Of a DNA stretch of 64,000 nucleotides, positions 1 to 14,095 are shown piece by piece; position 1 is the stretch's first letter; the number at the start of each line of letters is the position of its first letter. A model generated the notes under the pieces. The model ran no database searches. It saw only the letters and a list, made by a program, of their open reading frames with translations, and had not been told where the DNA came from. Origin of the DNA: Octopus vulgaris (lineage: Eukaryota); contig OX597815.1 in the NCBI GenBank assembly GCA_951406725.2, positions 49,600,001-49,664,000 of the forward strand, read 5' to 3'. The translations under genes were made by a program, and so were the position numbers.

Positions 1-994
1 CACTGAAGGCTTCCAAGGACCAGATGGTGATGCTATGCAAGGCAATAGAATACGTCTATCATTCATGTATGTCAAGCAGGATTTGAACTCAGAATGCAAA
101 GACTTAGAACAAATACCACTAGATATCTCATCTAATGCTCATAGATTTCTGCCAGGCCATCACCATTGACTGGAACTATATTTGTTGACTCCAGAAGGAT
201 GAGAGACAAAGGCAGTTGACATGGATAACATTTGAACTCAAAATGCAAAACACTGGAATAAATGCTACAAGGTATTGTGTCCAACATTCTGACAACCCTA
301 CCAATTTACACCCTAAGGTGCATCTTTTTGGCACTGAGTGTTACCACCATGAACCAATTATCGGACCATGGTAGAATTGTAACCAGGCCAATGAAGTACT
401 TTGGATAAAGTTCTCATGGGTGAAGAAGACAATCTTAGTCAAGACATTAAGGGTGAAGGACATAGATGTGTGTAACAATGCGAAGAATTCTAACATAATG
501 CTTATTGAATTCAGTTTAGTAACTTTATAAAAGACACTAAAGACTGCCTACAAATGTAGTCAGTGCTTAGTAAAAACAGAGGATAGCATTAAAAGATGAA
601 TAGAAGATGCAGAGGATGACCCTGAGTATCAAGTGTTAAGAGAGAAAGACATTGTGGATGATGGAGACAGTGAACCATTACCTGATTGGTAGACATTATC
701 AAATACAGTAATGTATTTTTGTTAGTAACCTGAGAATGTTGTATTTCCTTGAGTGTGTATGTGTGCATGGATACACATATATGAACACACACATATACAC
801 ACGCACACTTATTTCGGTTGGGTGATCACAGAATCTACAAAAGAAAAGAACTCAGTGCTATAAACAGAATAGGTATATTTAGTTTTTATTGTCTCCTGGA
901 AACATGACCAGATGTGAAGATTTGTCTCAACAAGATGAGACCACACAACAAATGAACTGTTCAAGGAAACGATCCTATTTCTTCATTCATCTTC

Positions 995-1190
995 ATTCCT
1001 ATTTACAGAAGCAAACTCTACCTCTTTATTGTTTATGCTAACAACTTATACTTCATCATTGTTTACAGAAACGTGGTATGCCTCATTCCTGTAGCTTGTC
1101 ATTGCTTACAGAAAAAAATCTATACCACATCCCTGTTTACAGAAATAAGGTATGGCTCATCTGTTTACTGAAGAAAGCTATGCTTCATTC
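995..1190. repeat. Degenerate ~30-bp minisatellite with core (T)GTTTACAGAA
   Basis: Core variants at 1001, 1031, 1061, 1104, 1135 and 1163, each followed by a TATRCYTCAT-like segment. Confidence 0.6.
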
Positions 1191-1302
1191 TTATCAAACC
1201 AATGAGGGATTTTCTTTACTCATCCTGCTAGAAATATTAATATCTCCCTCAATAAACAGTTTAATCTTTTAACCCTTTTGACTCCAACCAGTCTGGAACT
1301 GC

Positions 1303-1633
1303 CCCTGGGACTTATTCTTTGTAAGTCTGGTACTTATTCTGTTGGTCCCTTTTGGTTCAGCAAAAGAGACCGATAAGTTACAAGAGACCACTAAGTTACA
1401 AGGATGTAAACACACCAGCATTGGACGGACAAACACACAAATATAAGCATATATATATATATATATATATACAATGGGTTTCTTTCAGTTTCCATCAGCC
1501 AAATCCATTCACAAGGCTTTGGTCAGCCCAAGGCTATCGTAGAAGACACTTGCCCAAGGTGTCACACAGTGGGACTGAGCACAGGACCATGTTGTTGGGA
1601 AGTAAGCTTCTTACCACATAACTATGCCTGCAC

Positions 1634-1634
<1 letters not shown>
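1303..1634 (-). mobile_element. tRNA-derived SINE family A
   Basis: Reverse complement of the head TGGCTGTGTGGTAAGAAGCTT...GGTTCAGTCCCACTG and of the body shared with 4848, 16293, 19259 and 54767. Confidence 0.8.
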
Positions 1635-1666
<32 letters not shown>

Positions 1667-1695
1667 GACACACACACACACACACATACATATAT

Positions 1696-2062
1696 GCTGG
1701 TGGCACATTAAAAGCACCATTTGAGCGTGATCATTACCAGAGCACCTTGCTGGCACTTGTGCCGGTGGTACGTGAAAAAACATTCAAGTGAGATCAATGC
1801 CAGTGCCGCTGGACGGGCTCCTGTGCAGGTGGCACGTAAAAAACACCATTTGAGCATGGCCGTTGCCAGTACTGCCTGACTGACCCTCGTGCCAGTGGCA
1901 TGTAAAAGCATCCACTACTCTCTCTGAGTGGTTGGCATTAGGAAGAGCATCCAGCTGTAGAAACTCTACCAGATCAGATTGGAGCCTGGTGCAGCCATCT
2001 AGTTTACCAGTCCTCAGTCAAATCGTCCAACCTATGCTAGCATGGAAAACGGACGTTAAACA

Positions 2063-2096
<34 letters not shown>
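1696..2096 (+). mobile_element. SINE family B (internal ~60-bp tandem units, RTE-like tail, (GAT)n end)
   Basis: Four repeats of GGTGGCACRTAAAAAGCACC, then GGAAG-GCATCCAGCTGTAGAAACTCT...CATGGAAA-CGGACGTTAAA(GAT)n; also at 22308, 59810, 62205. Confidence 0.8.
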
Positions 2097-2136
<40 letters not shown>

Positions 2137-2207
2137 TAAAAGAAATCTACATTAAAACCTTCCATTGAAATTTCACGCTAATTTATGTTCCAAACATCAT
2201 CTTGTTA

Positions 2208-2826
2208 ATCCTTTCTACTATAGATAGAAGACCTGAAATATTTGGAGAAGGGAACAATCGATTACATTGACCCCCAGTATTTAAGTGGTACTTACTTTAT
2301 CGACCCTGAAAGGATGAAAGGCAAAGTCAACTTCGGTAGATTTTGAACTCAGAATGTAAAGACAGACAAAATACTGCTAAGCATTTTGCCAGGCATGTTA
2401 ACAATTCTGCCAGCTCATTGCCTTATAAACACTATCTTAAAAATGGTTTTAAATTTTGGCACAAGGCCAGTAATTTTCGGGTAGGGGCAAGTTGATCACA
2501 TCGACCCAGCATTCAACTGGTATTTATTGTATCAACTCCAAAAGGATGAAAGACAAAGTAAAACTCAGAATGTAAACTTGGACAAAATGCCACCCAAGCA
2601 TTTTGCCTAGCATGCTAATGATTCTTTTCTACTCTAGGCACAAGGCCCGAAATTTTGGGGGAGGGGAGGGGCATTCAATTAGATCGGCCTCAGTATGCAG
2701 CTGGTACTTAACTTATCAACCCAAAAAGGATGAAAGGCAAGAATTTGAACTCAGAATGTAAAGACAGATGAAATACCATTAAGCATTTCACCCAGTGTGC
2801 TAATGATTCTGCCAGCTCGCCACCTT
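2208..2826 (-). mobile_element. Three tandem copies of SINE family C
   Basis: AAAGGATGAAAG-CAAAG...AACTCAGAATGTAAA...AAGCATTTT repeated three times; the reverse strand has a B-box-like GAGTTCAAATTC. Confidence 0.8.
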
Positions 2827-3732
2827 ATACTCACATAATTAAGACAGTTATTTTCCTCAATTTTTGTTATATTCAAAAACTGACTGAAACAAATGAAGTG
2901 TATCTTAGTAGAATTAAGGTAACAAAAGGGTTAAAGAAAAAAAAATATATTATGTTATTGTCCAAAACTACATGCTGTAATTTATCAGACAATATAGTCC
3001 TTGATTAAAAAAACAGGCAAGTTAATCACAGTTCGTCAGTCTTTTGATAATAAGTCAACCTAACTACTGAATATCTAAGGCTAAACATCATCAAGTGTCT
3101 CCTTATACAGTTACATGGACTAGAGCTTCGAGGAGTAAGTTTCAGCATGAGAAAGACAGTTTAGTTGACAAGCCACCAAGTTGGAAACACATTTAATATT
3201 TTAGCTTCCATTCCATTAGCCTAATGACCCATCAAATAGCAGTCCTTGTATTTCTTTGTGTTCTCTGTAAACAAATGTACACTAATCAATACCTTGGAAT
3301 GAGAAGTAATTGTTAGCTTTAGAGTTTTATTAATAAATGCTACAGAGCATTCATTAATATTTTTTTATACAAATGACGGTGCCCCAGCATGGCCACAGCT
3401 CGTGAGCTGAAACTAGATGAAAAAAGAAATGTGATTCTATATACTTATATATCTGTGTCTACATATTTGTATGTTTTGGGTGGTTCTAAAATTCTTGGTA
3501 GTGAAAAATAAATGAAGATATCCTTACCAGCTTTCTCATTCCAATTTAATTAACACTAAAATTTAAACTGGTATTTAGTTTGTCTAACTGGAATACATTA
3601 TCAAATGCAGTAATTTCATTTTTGTGTTTTGTGCCAACAATCTGGGAATGATCCTTGAACACTGATATTTCTCCATCTGTTTTTCTCTAATACAGCGTAA
3701 ATTACATGCACACCAACACATACGTATATATG

Positions 3733-3996
<264 letters not shown>

Positions 3997-4847
3997 AGTC
4001 TTGTTTCAGCATGAAAAGTTGATTGCTTTAATTTTTTTTTATAGATATCTTTCCCAGAAAAATAAATAAATATATAAATAAATAAAAGATATAAAATAAA
4101 AAAAAATCTTCATTCACATGTCTGTCTCACCTATTTTTTTCCAGAGAAATGACCTAAGGTAAATTGAGTAACTGACTTACCTTCACAAAGCATAAAAAAA
4201 AGAAACAAATACAAAAAAATAACAATATAGTACTAGTGATGGGGGAGGGCGAGAATGATTTTTCCCAACTTTTGGGTCATTAGTCAAGCAACTTAACCCT
4301 TTAGCCATTGTAAAATGAGGAATTATTTTTGTTATGAAACAATGAAGAATCTGGCACAATGTATCCATCAATGATTTCTGGATATCGTGCTGCAAAAGAA
4401 TAATAATAAATACATAAATAAATGATAAAAGGAATAAAAATGAATGACTGAATAAATAAATACATAATCCACATACCAGCATCCATGAGTCGATAGCATA
4501 TTGGAAATAAATTCTTCATTATGTAAGACTAGGAAGGAAAGTGTTTTCTCATTATAGAATATTTTCTCATTGTTTAAAGTTGTTCTTATGTGTGTGATAG
4601 AATGGGTGGATGAGTGAGTGTAAGGGTGGCAGTATATTGTGTGAATGTGAGAGTGTTTTGTGAATGGTCTGTATGTGTAAGATAAGGCATCCTTCCCACG
4701 CATTCACAGACAATATACATTCACACAACACACTCGCATGCACCCATACACACACATATTTGTGTGTGTATGTGTATAGATAGATAGATAGATATACATA
4801 TATACATATATATGTGCACTTACACATACACACACACACATAGATAT

Positions 4848-5017
4848 AGCTGTGTGATAAGTAGCTTGCTTATCAACCACATGGTTCCAGGTTCAGTCCC
4901 ACTGTGTGGCACCTTGGGCAAGTGTCTTCTACTATAGCCTCAGTCAACCAAAGCCTTGTGAGTAGATTTGGTAGGCAGAAACTGAAAGAAGCCTGTCGTA
5001 TATATATATGTGTGTGT

Positions 5018-5072
<55 letters not shown>

Positions 5073-5295
5073 TATGTGCATATGTTTTTGCGTCTGTGTT
5101 TGTCCCCCCACCATCACTTGACAACGGATGTTTGTGTGTTTATGTCCCTATAACTTAGCGGTTCAGCAAAAGTGACCAATAGAATAAGTACTAGGCTTAC
5201 ACAAAATAAGTCCTGGGGTCGATTTGTTCGATTAAAGGTAGTGCTCCAGCCTAGCAACAGTCAAATGACTGAAACAAATAAAACAATAAAAGAAA
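4848..5295 (+). mobile_element. SINE family A with internal (TA)n
   Basis: Head, internal microsatellite at 4999-5075 and tail CTCCAGC...CAGTCAAATGACTGAAACAA. Confidence 0.8.
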
Positions 5296-5314
5296 AATAT
5301 ATATGGATAAGTGA

Positions 5315-5350
<36 letters not shown>

Positions 5351-6220
5351 CCAGTGTTTGTGAGTGCTTAAGTAGTTGTATGTAAGTATATTAGGCTTGC
5401 ATGAGCATGTGGGTGTAGATGTTCAAAGACATTATTTTGAATGTGGATATCTACATTTGCATATGTATGTACATGCCAATGTGCATGCTAGTTTATATGG
5501 AACAGGTATGCCGATTGAATAAGAAGTTTGCTTTACAATCTTGATTTTCCAAGTTCAATTCAAATAGGCAGTAACTAGGTCAAATGCTTTCTGCCATATC
5601 CTCGTATCAACCAAAGCTCTGTGAAGGAAATTTGATCAACAGAAACTGTGTCAAAGCTCTTTCAGATGGATAACCCCTGTAATTCAAATACCAAGTTCTT
5701 TGTTCAGCTTAAGATTAAATCAAGAATATAAATACATATTTGGCACATTTAGCCAGGACCATCTGAAGCCATGGGCAGACAGGGCAGCTGCTCAAGGGCC
5801 TCATGGCTCTAGGAGTCCTACTTCTGCTCTATCTATATTTGTGGCTAACTATCAATAAATATATACTATAGGGTCCAGTACATTGGTTTGTTCAGCTTGT
5901 AATGCTTCTAAGCATGGCAGAGAAAATGACAGTATGACTGCAAAAGAAATGTGCAAGTAACATCGTAGCAGAGGAAAGTTACCTTAAGCCAAGTAAAAAC
6001 ACCACACATCCAAGGATAAATGCTCCCTTCCAACAATGTTCGCTGACCAACAACCAGTATCCCACATATTTACCAATACTGACACTACCAACAACAGCAA
6101 CTTCTTTGCACTGAGACTCAGCTATTTGCCTTAAGTTACTACAGTACCTCGCAAATTTAGCAGTACCACCTCTACTATCACCACCTGAAGCCTCTAGAAG
6201 TTAGATTTAGCTTTTTGCCT

Positions 6221-6420
6221 TACACTCTTGTTACTATATTTCTGATGAAATATAGTACCTTTGCTTCATTTAATTTTCAAAATAATGGAAAATTTAGTCA
6301 AATAACTTTGCTGTTATTATACTGGTGTTTGGAAAATAAATTAGCATAAAATTTTGATGGAAAATTTTAATTTAGATCAGTTTGCAATTCAGAACTAAGG
6401 CCACCTCTGGCAGGTTGATA
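6221..6420. mobile_element. Decayed piggyBac-type MITE, opposite orientation to the 25975 copy
   Basis: Reverse complement resembles the internal sequence of 25975-26194 and 57058-57189. Confidence 0.5.
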
Positions 6421-6654
6421 TAGTACCCCACAGATTTACAATATTTACAATTTAGTACCAACAGCAGTTAACTCTATACAATAAGACTAACTATTAACCT
6501 TAAGCTGTTTCCATTCTCCACAGATTGACCAACATCATCACAACCAACAGTGTGTAAGATACTTAATTATTAGCCTTAAGGTTACTATGGTACCACCAAT
6601 CAACAAAGTAAATTAGCAATTAAGCAGTAAGCTCAGAAGCTTTGCTTTAAGTAG

Positions 6655-6983
6655 TAATGTACCTCACAATTATGAGTTCGATTCCCAAACTGGGCTGTGT
6701 TGTGTTGTGCTGTGTTGTGTTGTGCTGTGCTGTGCTGTGCTGGGCTGTGTTGTAAGGTGCTTTATTTCATGTTGCTCCAGTTCACTCAGCTGTAGAAATG
6801 AGTTGCAATGTCACTGGTGCCAAGCTGTATCAGACTATGCCTTTCCCTTGGACAACATCAGTGGTGGTGAGAGGGTGACTGCTGGTCTTCCATAAACAAC
6901 CTTGCACAGACTTGTACCTTGGAGGGTAGCTTTCTAGGTGAAATCCCATGGTCATTCATGACCAAAAGGGGTATTTACCCTTT
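6655..6983 (+). mobile_element. SINE family D, 5'-damaged, with (TGTGY)n expansion
   Basis: B-box GAGTTCGATTCC; body matches 17701-18039. Confidence 0.75.
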
Positions 6984-7019
6984 TGCCCCACAGATTTATT
7001 CTTCTACCACAACAAACAA

Positions 7020-7690
7020 CAGTGGAAGCCTTTATGGTTGATTGATCACTCAGCTTGCTAAATCTTACTGAAATCACACCTTACTGTCTTGAGTTAAGAG
7101 AGGACATACTGGACGATGAATAGATTTTGGATATGCTAGTTGGATAAAAGATGTGATAGTAATTGTCAGAATACCTCTAATTAAGGGTTGGTTTAATAAT
7201 TACTGATCTGGGACTAAGAACAACAATAATGACCCAATTAGGCCAATAATGAAGTCTACACACAGTCATTAAATCTCATAGAAACAGTTACAAAATCTCC
7301 CCAAATATCAGTGCATTATATAATATAAAAAAAGAAAGACTCAGATAATGTAGTTCTAGCTACACTAAGTCTGAAAAAATAAGTAAAGATGGTGTTCACG
7401 GTTCAAATAGCTTTGATCATATGTTTGAGCAGTCAAGATTCTATTCGGGTTGAACAAAATCAAAATGAGTTAGTGAAGATGTTTCTATGTAGTTATTCAT
7501 GAGACAGCAGCCAAATCTCCCTCGTGATACACATGTTCTGTCAGCCATCTTGAAATAAGAAACAACTCATCAGGTAATGTACTCCTAGATACACTGCGTC
7601 TATGAAAGAAATGACTGGTCCAGCCACAGTTTGAATGTCTTTGATCACAGCTGTGCTTGATCAATATTGACTTAGGATTAAACAACAACA
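7020..7690 (+). repeat. Three tandem decayed copies of dispersed repeat H
   Basis: AAATCTCCC...GATAATGTAGT-CTAG-TACACT...TTTGATCA...AACAACAAC repeated three times; other copies near 10760, 32490, 54150 and 58110. Confidence 0.6.
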
Positions 7691-7704
7691 AAAACACTAC
7701 TGCT

Positions 7705-7871
<167 letters not shown>

Positions 7872-8825
7872 GTTCTCACTGCCAGTACTGTTTCAGCTCT
7901 TCCTTCTCTCACAAGATAACAGCTGCTACCTACTGATGCTACTGCTGTTGTGCAGCCACATATACATATAAGCACAAACACACATACACACACACACACT
8001 CAGTATGAATGTGTGTGTGTGTGTGTGTATGTATGTGTGTGTGTTTGTGATAAGCATCAGTGAGCAGAGGTGGTTACATGTTTGTAAGGGTAGGTGTCCT
8101 GCATGCAAAGCACAGACTGTGCATCAGGCAATGATGTCTCTGCTGGCCTTAACAAGCAATTAAACTGGCAATAATGTCAGCAAGGGCCAACTAGCATCTC
8201 CATCACTGTCAAACCATTAAACCAACTGTGGCCAACACACATCTATTTAGAGCGAAACCATAGTATTTCACAAGCCACTCTTCACTTCCTACACCTGCAC
8301 GCAGAGTCAACACGGCTAACGGCAGCATCAACACCGTTACCATCATCATTGCTGGCAAGAAAATCACCATCACAGTTGCCATAGCCATCATCATCATCAT
8401 CATCACCACCACCACAAGTATAGCCATCGCCATCACCATCACCAATATCATCAGCTCCCGTCATCATCACCACAAGTTGGCTCCATCAGAAATGACCACC
8501 AGCCAAAGTCATTACCATTTCCCATCAACACTGCTGTCTCAAACTTCACCGCCACCACCACCACCACAGCCGCCGCCTCCACTGCTAGCGCCACCACTGA
8601 GCCAGCATCATCACTATTATTAACAGCAACAAATCTATTACTACTATCACTATCATTATCACCATCACCATCACCATCACCATCCTCAGTATAACTCAAT
8701 GCATTACACAAGCATCAACAACAACATTATCAGATTGAGAAACCACAGGAATTACAATAACAGCAACAACAGCATCAATCATTATAACAACATTACTTAC
8801 AGCGTCAATGCAAGAATCTGTTATT

Positions 8826-9006
8826 GTTTATCTTTTACTTGTTTCAGTTCTTTGACTGTGGCCATGTTGGAGCACCACCTTGAAAGGTTTTTAGTCAAAC
8901 ATATTGACTGAAAGAAGCCTATTGTGTATGTATATATATGTATGTGTGTGTGTGTATATGTACATATATATATAAGTGTGAATATATATATGTATGTATA
9001 TGTGTG

Positions 9007-9039
<33 letters not shown>

Positions 9040-9300
9040 ATGTATATGTGTATATATATATATATGTATGTATGTATGTATATGTATGTATTTGTGTGTC
9101 AGTGTTTGTCCCCGCACCATTGCTTGACAACCAATGTTGGTGTCTTTACTTCCCCGTAACTTAGTGGTTCGGTAAAAGAGATGTATAGAATAAGTACTAG
9201 GCTTATAGAGAATAAGTCCTGGGGTCGATTTGTTTGACTAAAAGTAGTGCTCCAGCATGGCCGCAGTCAAATGGCTGAAACAAGTAAAAGAATAATAGAA
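8826..9300. mobile_element. Two SINE A fragments in opposite orientation (minus tail 8826-8908; plus body and tail 8906-9300)
   Basis: TACTTGTTTCAG...GCCATGTTGGAGCAC is the reverse complement of GTGCTCCAGCATGGC...CTGAAACAAGTA at 9247-9286. Confidence 0.7.
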
Positions 9301-9348
9301 TACACACACATGCACACACACGCACAAACACACATGCACACATACGCA

Positions 9349-9421
<73 letters not shown>

Positions 9422-11741
9422 TGATCAAATTGATTAAAACTGTTCATCACAAGAAATAGTTAAATTTGACATGTTTGTATGTAGGTTTACATATTTATAA
9501 ATATAGAAGCCTTCAAGAAAACAACAAAGAATTTAAAAAATGAGAGAATGATAAGCTATGTATTGGCAATTAGGTAAAAGATGATCAATGTCTTTGATTC
9601 AATTCAGAAATATATTTGATTTATGTAGAAATTTTTGTAGGCCTTGAGCAAGTAGGTCAATGAGTAAAGACAGCCTAACCTCAGCTATCCTTTCTTTTTA
9701 TTTGGAATATAAAATATTTAGGGATGAAATATTCAATGTTCCCTTTTCTTCTTAAGACGGTAGGCTATGAATGGAGGGATATTTGACTTCTATTTTTACC
9801 AAGTCAAGCAAATGCATAGTCGTTCATGCTAACTCAAGGTATAGCAAATGAACAGATTATTAAACTGCATGCCTATGAGTTCATCATGATTATTATCATT
9901 TAACACCCATGTTCCATGCTGGCATGGGTTGACCAGTTGTGGTCAGTTTCAGCATGAAAAAGGCAGAATACTTGGGCTGGATATGACTAATTTAAACACT
10001 AAAAATTTATATGTATTCAAAACACTATGTTATTGCTATTTCAGTCTCTAGTATTTTAACTAAGATATCAAAGTAACAGCCTATTTGCTAATTCCAACAA
10101 ACAATATAAATAGTAGTTAGTCTCTAGTTGTTGTTTGTAAACAAGGAGCACACTAGTAATACATTCCTATTGGCCCATTAAAAATACCACTGTATTTCCC
10201 ACACATCTTCAATTATAAACAAATTATTTAAATGAGAGACATTTAAAAATAAAAGTAGTACTTCTGAAAAAAAAACAAAATCCAGAAAATCTACTAAAAA
10301 TGTACTTTGTAGTATAATATACCTAAGACCGTTGAGTTTTAAAAAGCCGTTTGTAATGCTTTTAGACTCCCAGAAGTTTTAATAAAAATGTTAGCGCAAT
10401 ATAGATGCCTAAACAGTATAGAATTGCTCATTCCCAACAGAAATTTCACATGTTAGTAAACATAACATGTTCCTGAAATTTAAAACTAACTCTGAATAAA
10501 ATAAAAATAAAATCCTTACATACAGACAAGACTATGCCAAATTTCCCCTTTGAAGTAAAGTCTTGCATAAAAAGATCTTAGTCGTTTCAAACAATGCTTG
10601 AGTAGCCAACAAGTCCAGAGCTGTTCTGAGCTGCTTTTTCAAATTCCCAACTGGATCACTTTACGAGACTAAGATCTTATATCACTGAATCATCGTCTGG
10701 TTGATGCACATGCCTAAGACTAAACAAAATAAGCACCAGCAAGACAGTTACCATGTAGTTGTTCAGCTGGCTAGAAATAGCAGCCAAATAAACCACAACA
10801 GTTAAAAAAGACAACGAAAGTCATAAAGACTAATATTGACTCAGAAATACAAAAAAATATAAACTGTCCATGGCTGGAATGTCTTTTGATGATAAATCTG
10901 CTCATTTGAAAATGACCAAGATTCAAAGACTGAAATATTTTAAAAAATGAAAACAAAATTTTGTGCTGTATTTATCACTTCATATGTATTCTTTATTCTG
11001 ATTTAAAAAGTCCCAGAAAAATTGATTGCAAAATAACTTGAGAATTAGAAGTCAGTGTTTGGAATATGATAGAATACCAATTTATAGGCACAACAGGTAA
11101 ATAGTTCAGATTGGTTGCCTGTGAGTGATGATAATAAAATAGTCACAAAACTAAATATATGTTTAAAATGAATAGGTATAAATATAGAGAATACTTATTA
11201 GTTGAGTGCTTGAAACCATGGCTAAACAGATATCATTACATCATATCATATCCTATTATATATGATATCTACCGATCTATGAGTGTTACATTTGTTTCTG
11301 TACCACAATGTTTCCAATGACATTGTATGTAAATGATTCCATGTCAAAGATTATGCAATATGTGTGGCTGAATATGTTGGACTGACACTTCCTTGTAATT
11401 CCTTGTCTTCTTATCTCTCTCACACACACACATGCGTACGCACACAATAATTGATAAAGGAAACGGAAAATAGATTCAGCACTAGTTTTTATTCAGTACA
11501 ATGATCATTTCGACCAATCCTGCAACTGTCCATTGTGGGTGGGATACTGTGCATCTAATTGTGTTGCATCAATTTGTGCAGTTTATGTCACATCAGGTAC
11601 ATGCATAAAAAAAGGGGATGTCCCACTAGATACACACAGACATATGCATTTTTAACACATGTTTTAATGTTTGATTTATGTCAAGCGGTATATAAATATA
11701 AAACAATTTAACTGAAGGACTATCTGATAATTTTTAGTAGA

Positions 11742-11792
<51 letters not shown>

Positions 11793-12193
11793 CTTTTACA
11801 AGTAAATAGTTGACAGTGACTTTGAAGTTTTGGCTTGCTCACTTTCATCAGATTGGACAGGGCAAAATGGAACTCCAAAGTCATTGATAAATTTTTCCTG
11901 GTAAAAATGAATACATACATTTACATGTACATATACACTTATACATACATGCAAATATATATATATATATATATGTATCTATATATACATACATATACAT
12001 AGACACATATACATATGTAGATGCATTATATCTATAGATACACACATATATAGATGCATATACACACTCACACTTAATTTAAGCATATACAAGGATATAA
12101 ATCTACATGTGTGTGTGCAGATATATATACATATCTATATACTCTTGTGTCAGTCAGGACATAATATATTACCATCTGACAGACAACCAAAAT

Positions 12194-12235
<42 letters not shown>

Positions 12236-13011
12236 AGCATTTCTAAAAATATGAAATCAAAACATGCAATCACACACTCTCACATCTTTCTATCTCTCAT
12301 TCAGCTATGTTATGGTGACAATAGTTCTATGCGAAAGTGATAATATATGTATGTATATATGTGTATATAATATATATGTATATATGTGAGTGTATATATA
12401 TATATATATATGATTCAGTTATAGAGGGATATATGTATGTGCAGTATCTGATCAGATGTTTTATCAGTGAGTCATCTTCCTCCTAATTTTACAGTTATCA
12501 AAACTGATAAAATGCATGTTTAGTTTATTTGTTAAAGGTCAAGTATTCTTATATGAATGATCTCCGACAAACACGGAAAGTATCTCTAAGAGTGACTAAC
12601 TCCCTTCTGAAGGACTCCTTTTACAGGAACCATGACGAATAATGTATTTTCATATCTTCTGAAGATCCTAGCAGATTGCCTCAGGTCAAACCCCAAACAA
12701 GCTGTACTTACTTAGTTTGAAATATCAAATGACAACATGATACATTGACATGGTAGGATGTCTAGAAGAAGACAAGACAAGAAGCAGACACCATTAAAGA
12801 AATACTGATTCCGCAGCGAAACCAATTAGTTTTGGTTAGTTTTGAAAAGAGGCATTTCAGTGCTACAAATCTGCACGGTGTCTGTAGTTTGTGGGTGCAT
12901 AGGGATAAACGCTTGCCGAATTACTTATTTGGTTAATATTTGGTATAAGAAAGAGAGAAAGATAAAGACAGAATCAAAGATAGAGAGAGTGAGAGATAAA
13001 GGAGGATATAC

Positions 13012-13141
<130 letters not shown>

Positions 13142-14095
13142 AAATGAAGTGTGGCATGATATTTACCTCAAGGGTTTACTAAGCTCTATGAACATCTCTT
13201 CCAACTCAAATTCAATCAGAACAAATCAAACCTGCCACTTTATACAAATCGAAGCTCACCATCTGAGATTCTTGCATTATGTATTTTGGAGAACATTTGA
13301 TTATTTAACCCCAAGCCTATTACAAATCTATAAATCATACAATAAGTTTGAAGATTTCTTCCTTCCATTGCATATTTCATCCATATTTTCTCCAACAGCC
13401 TTCTAGGTTGTTAAGGATAAGTTATATCCAAAATTCTTTGAGATCATCAGTTTCAGTTATTTATTAAACATTTCTATTTAACTTTTAGAAACATTTTTAA
13501 GACTTAGTCAAAGGAGGGATGGTGGTCCTCATAGTATTTTGCAAAACCTTTATAACTAACAAAAAGAATGGATTGAATAAATTCCAATTTAAGGGTTGCT
13601 GGAGCAGGGAGTACTGCATCAATATATCAAGCTATTTTCAAATCTGATATTTAGCCCAAAAGCTTACAATAGAGTGGACTTCACAAAAGATGCCTAAGGA
13701 CCTGACAGTGGTGCAAAATCCCATGATATGTAAAGAATTTATTATACAATTTGTGTGTGTGTGTGTGTGTGCAAGCACTGGCATGGTTGTGTGGTAAGAA
13801 GTTTGCTTCCCAATCACATGGTTCTGGGTTCAATCCTATTGTGTGGTACCTTGGGTAAATGTCTTCTATTATAGCCATAGACATTCTAGCCATGTCATAA
13901 TTTCTTTCTTACTTGTTGGCTTCATCAGAAATTTGGACTCTAAAATACAACTTGTACAATTTGTTCAATCCTTTCACTGCCTAGTTTGATGTCAACATTT
14001 ATTTCTCTTTTCTTACTACCATGTTTTTGTTTTCTTAAGGCTTAGATAAAGAAGAACAAGCAGGATGCAATAACTTGAAATGTCTTTTCCAGTAG

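Larger units (their letters stand above)
1273..2930. mobile_element. piggyBac-type MITE (TTAA-flanked) fragmented by five nested SINEs
   Basis: TTAA|CCCTTTTG at 1269-1280 and CAAAAGGG|TTAA at 2923-2934; internal pieces near 2138-2200 and 2836-2930 resemble the uninterrupted copy at 25975-26194. Confidence 0.65.

Noticed and set aside
1696-1915. Repeat-spacer-like units that superficially resemble a CRISPR array
   Set aside because: The spacers are homologous to each other, the units are internal to SINE B, the context is eukaryotic and there are no cas genes.
4130-4190. Splice-like signals on both strands (TTTTCCAG...AAG|GTAAAT; minus-strand AAG|GTAAGT)
   Set aside because: Conflicting strands, a 14-nt non-frame-preserving exon and no supporting ORF.
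10572-10678. 12-bp inverted repeat AAGATCTTAGTC/GACTAAGATCTT
   Set aside because: Short arms around an unpaired interior of about 80 nt; not a pre-miRNA-like hairpin, and no TSD or second copy seen.
12712-12830. Possible minus-strand exon ending at GTAAGT
   Set aside because: All frames checked contain stops; it could only be non-coding and has no other support.
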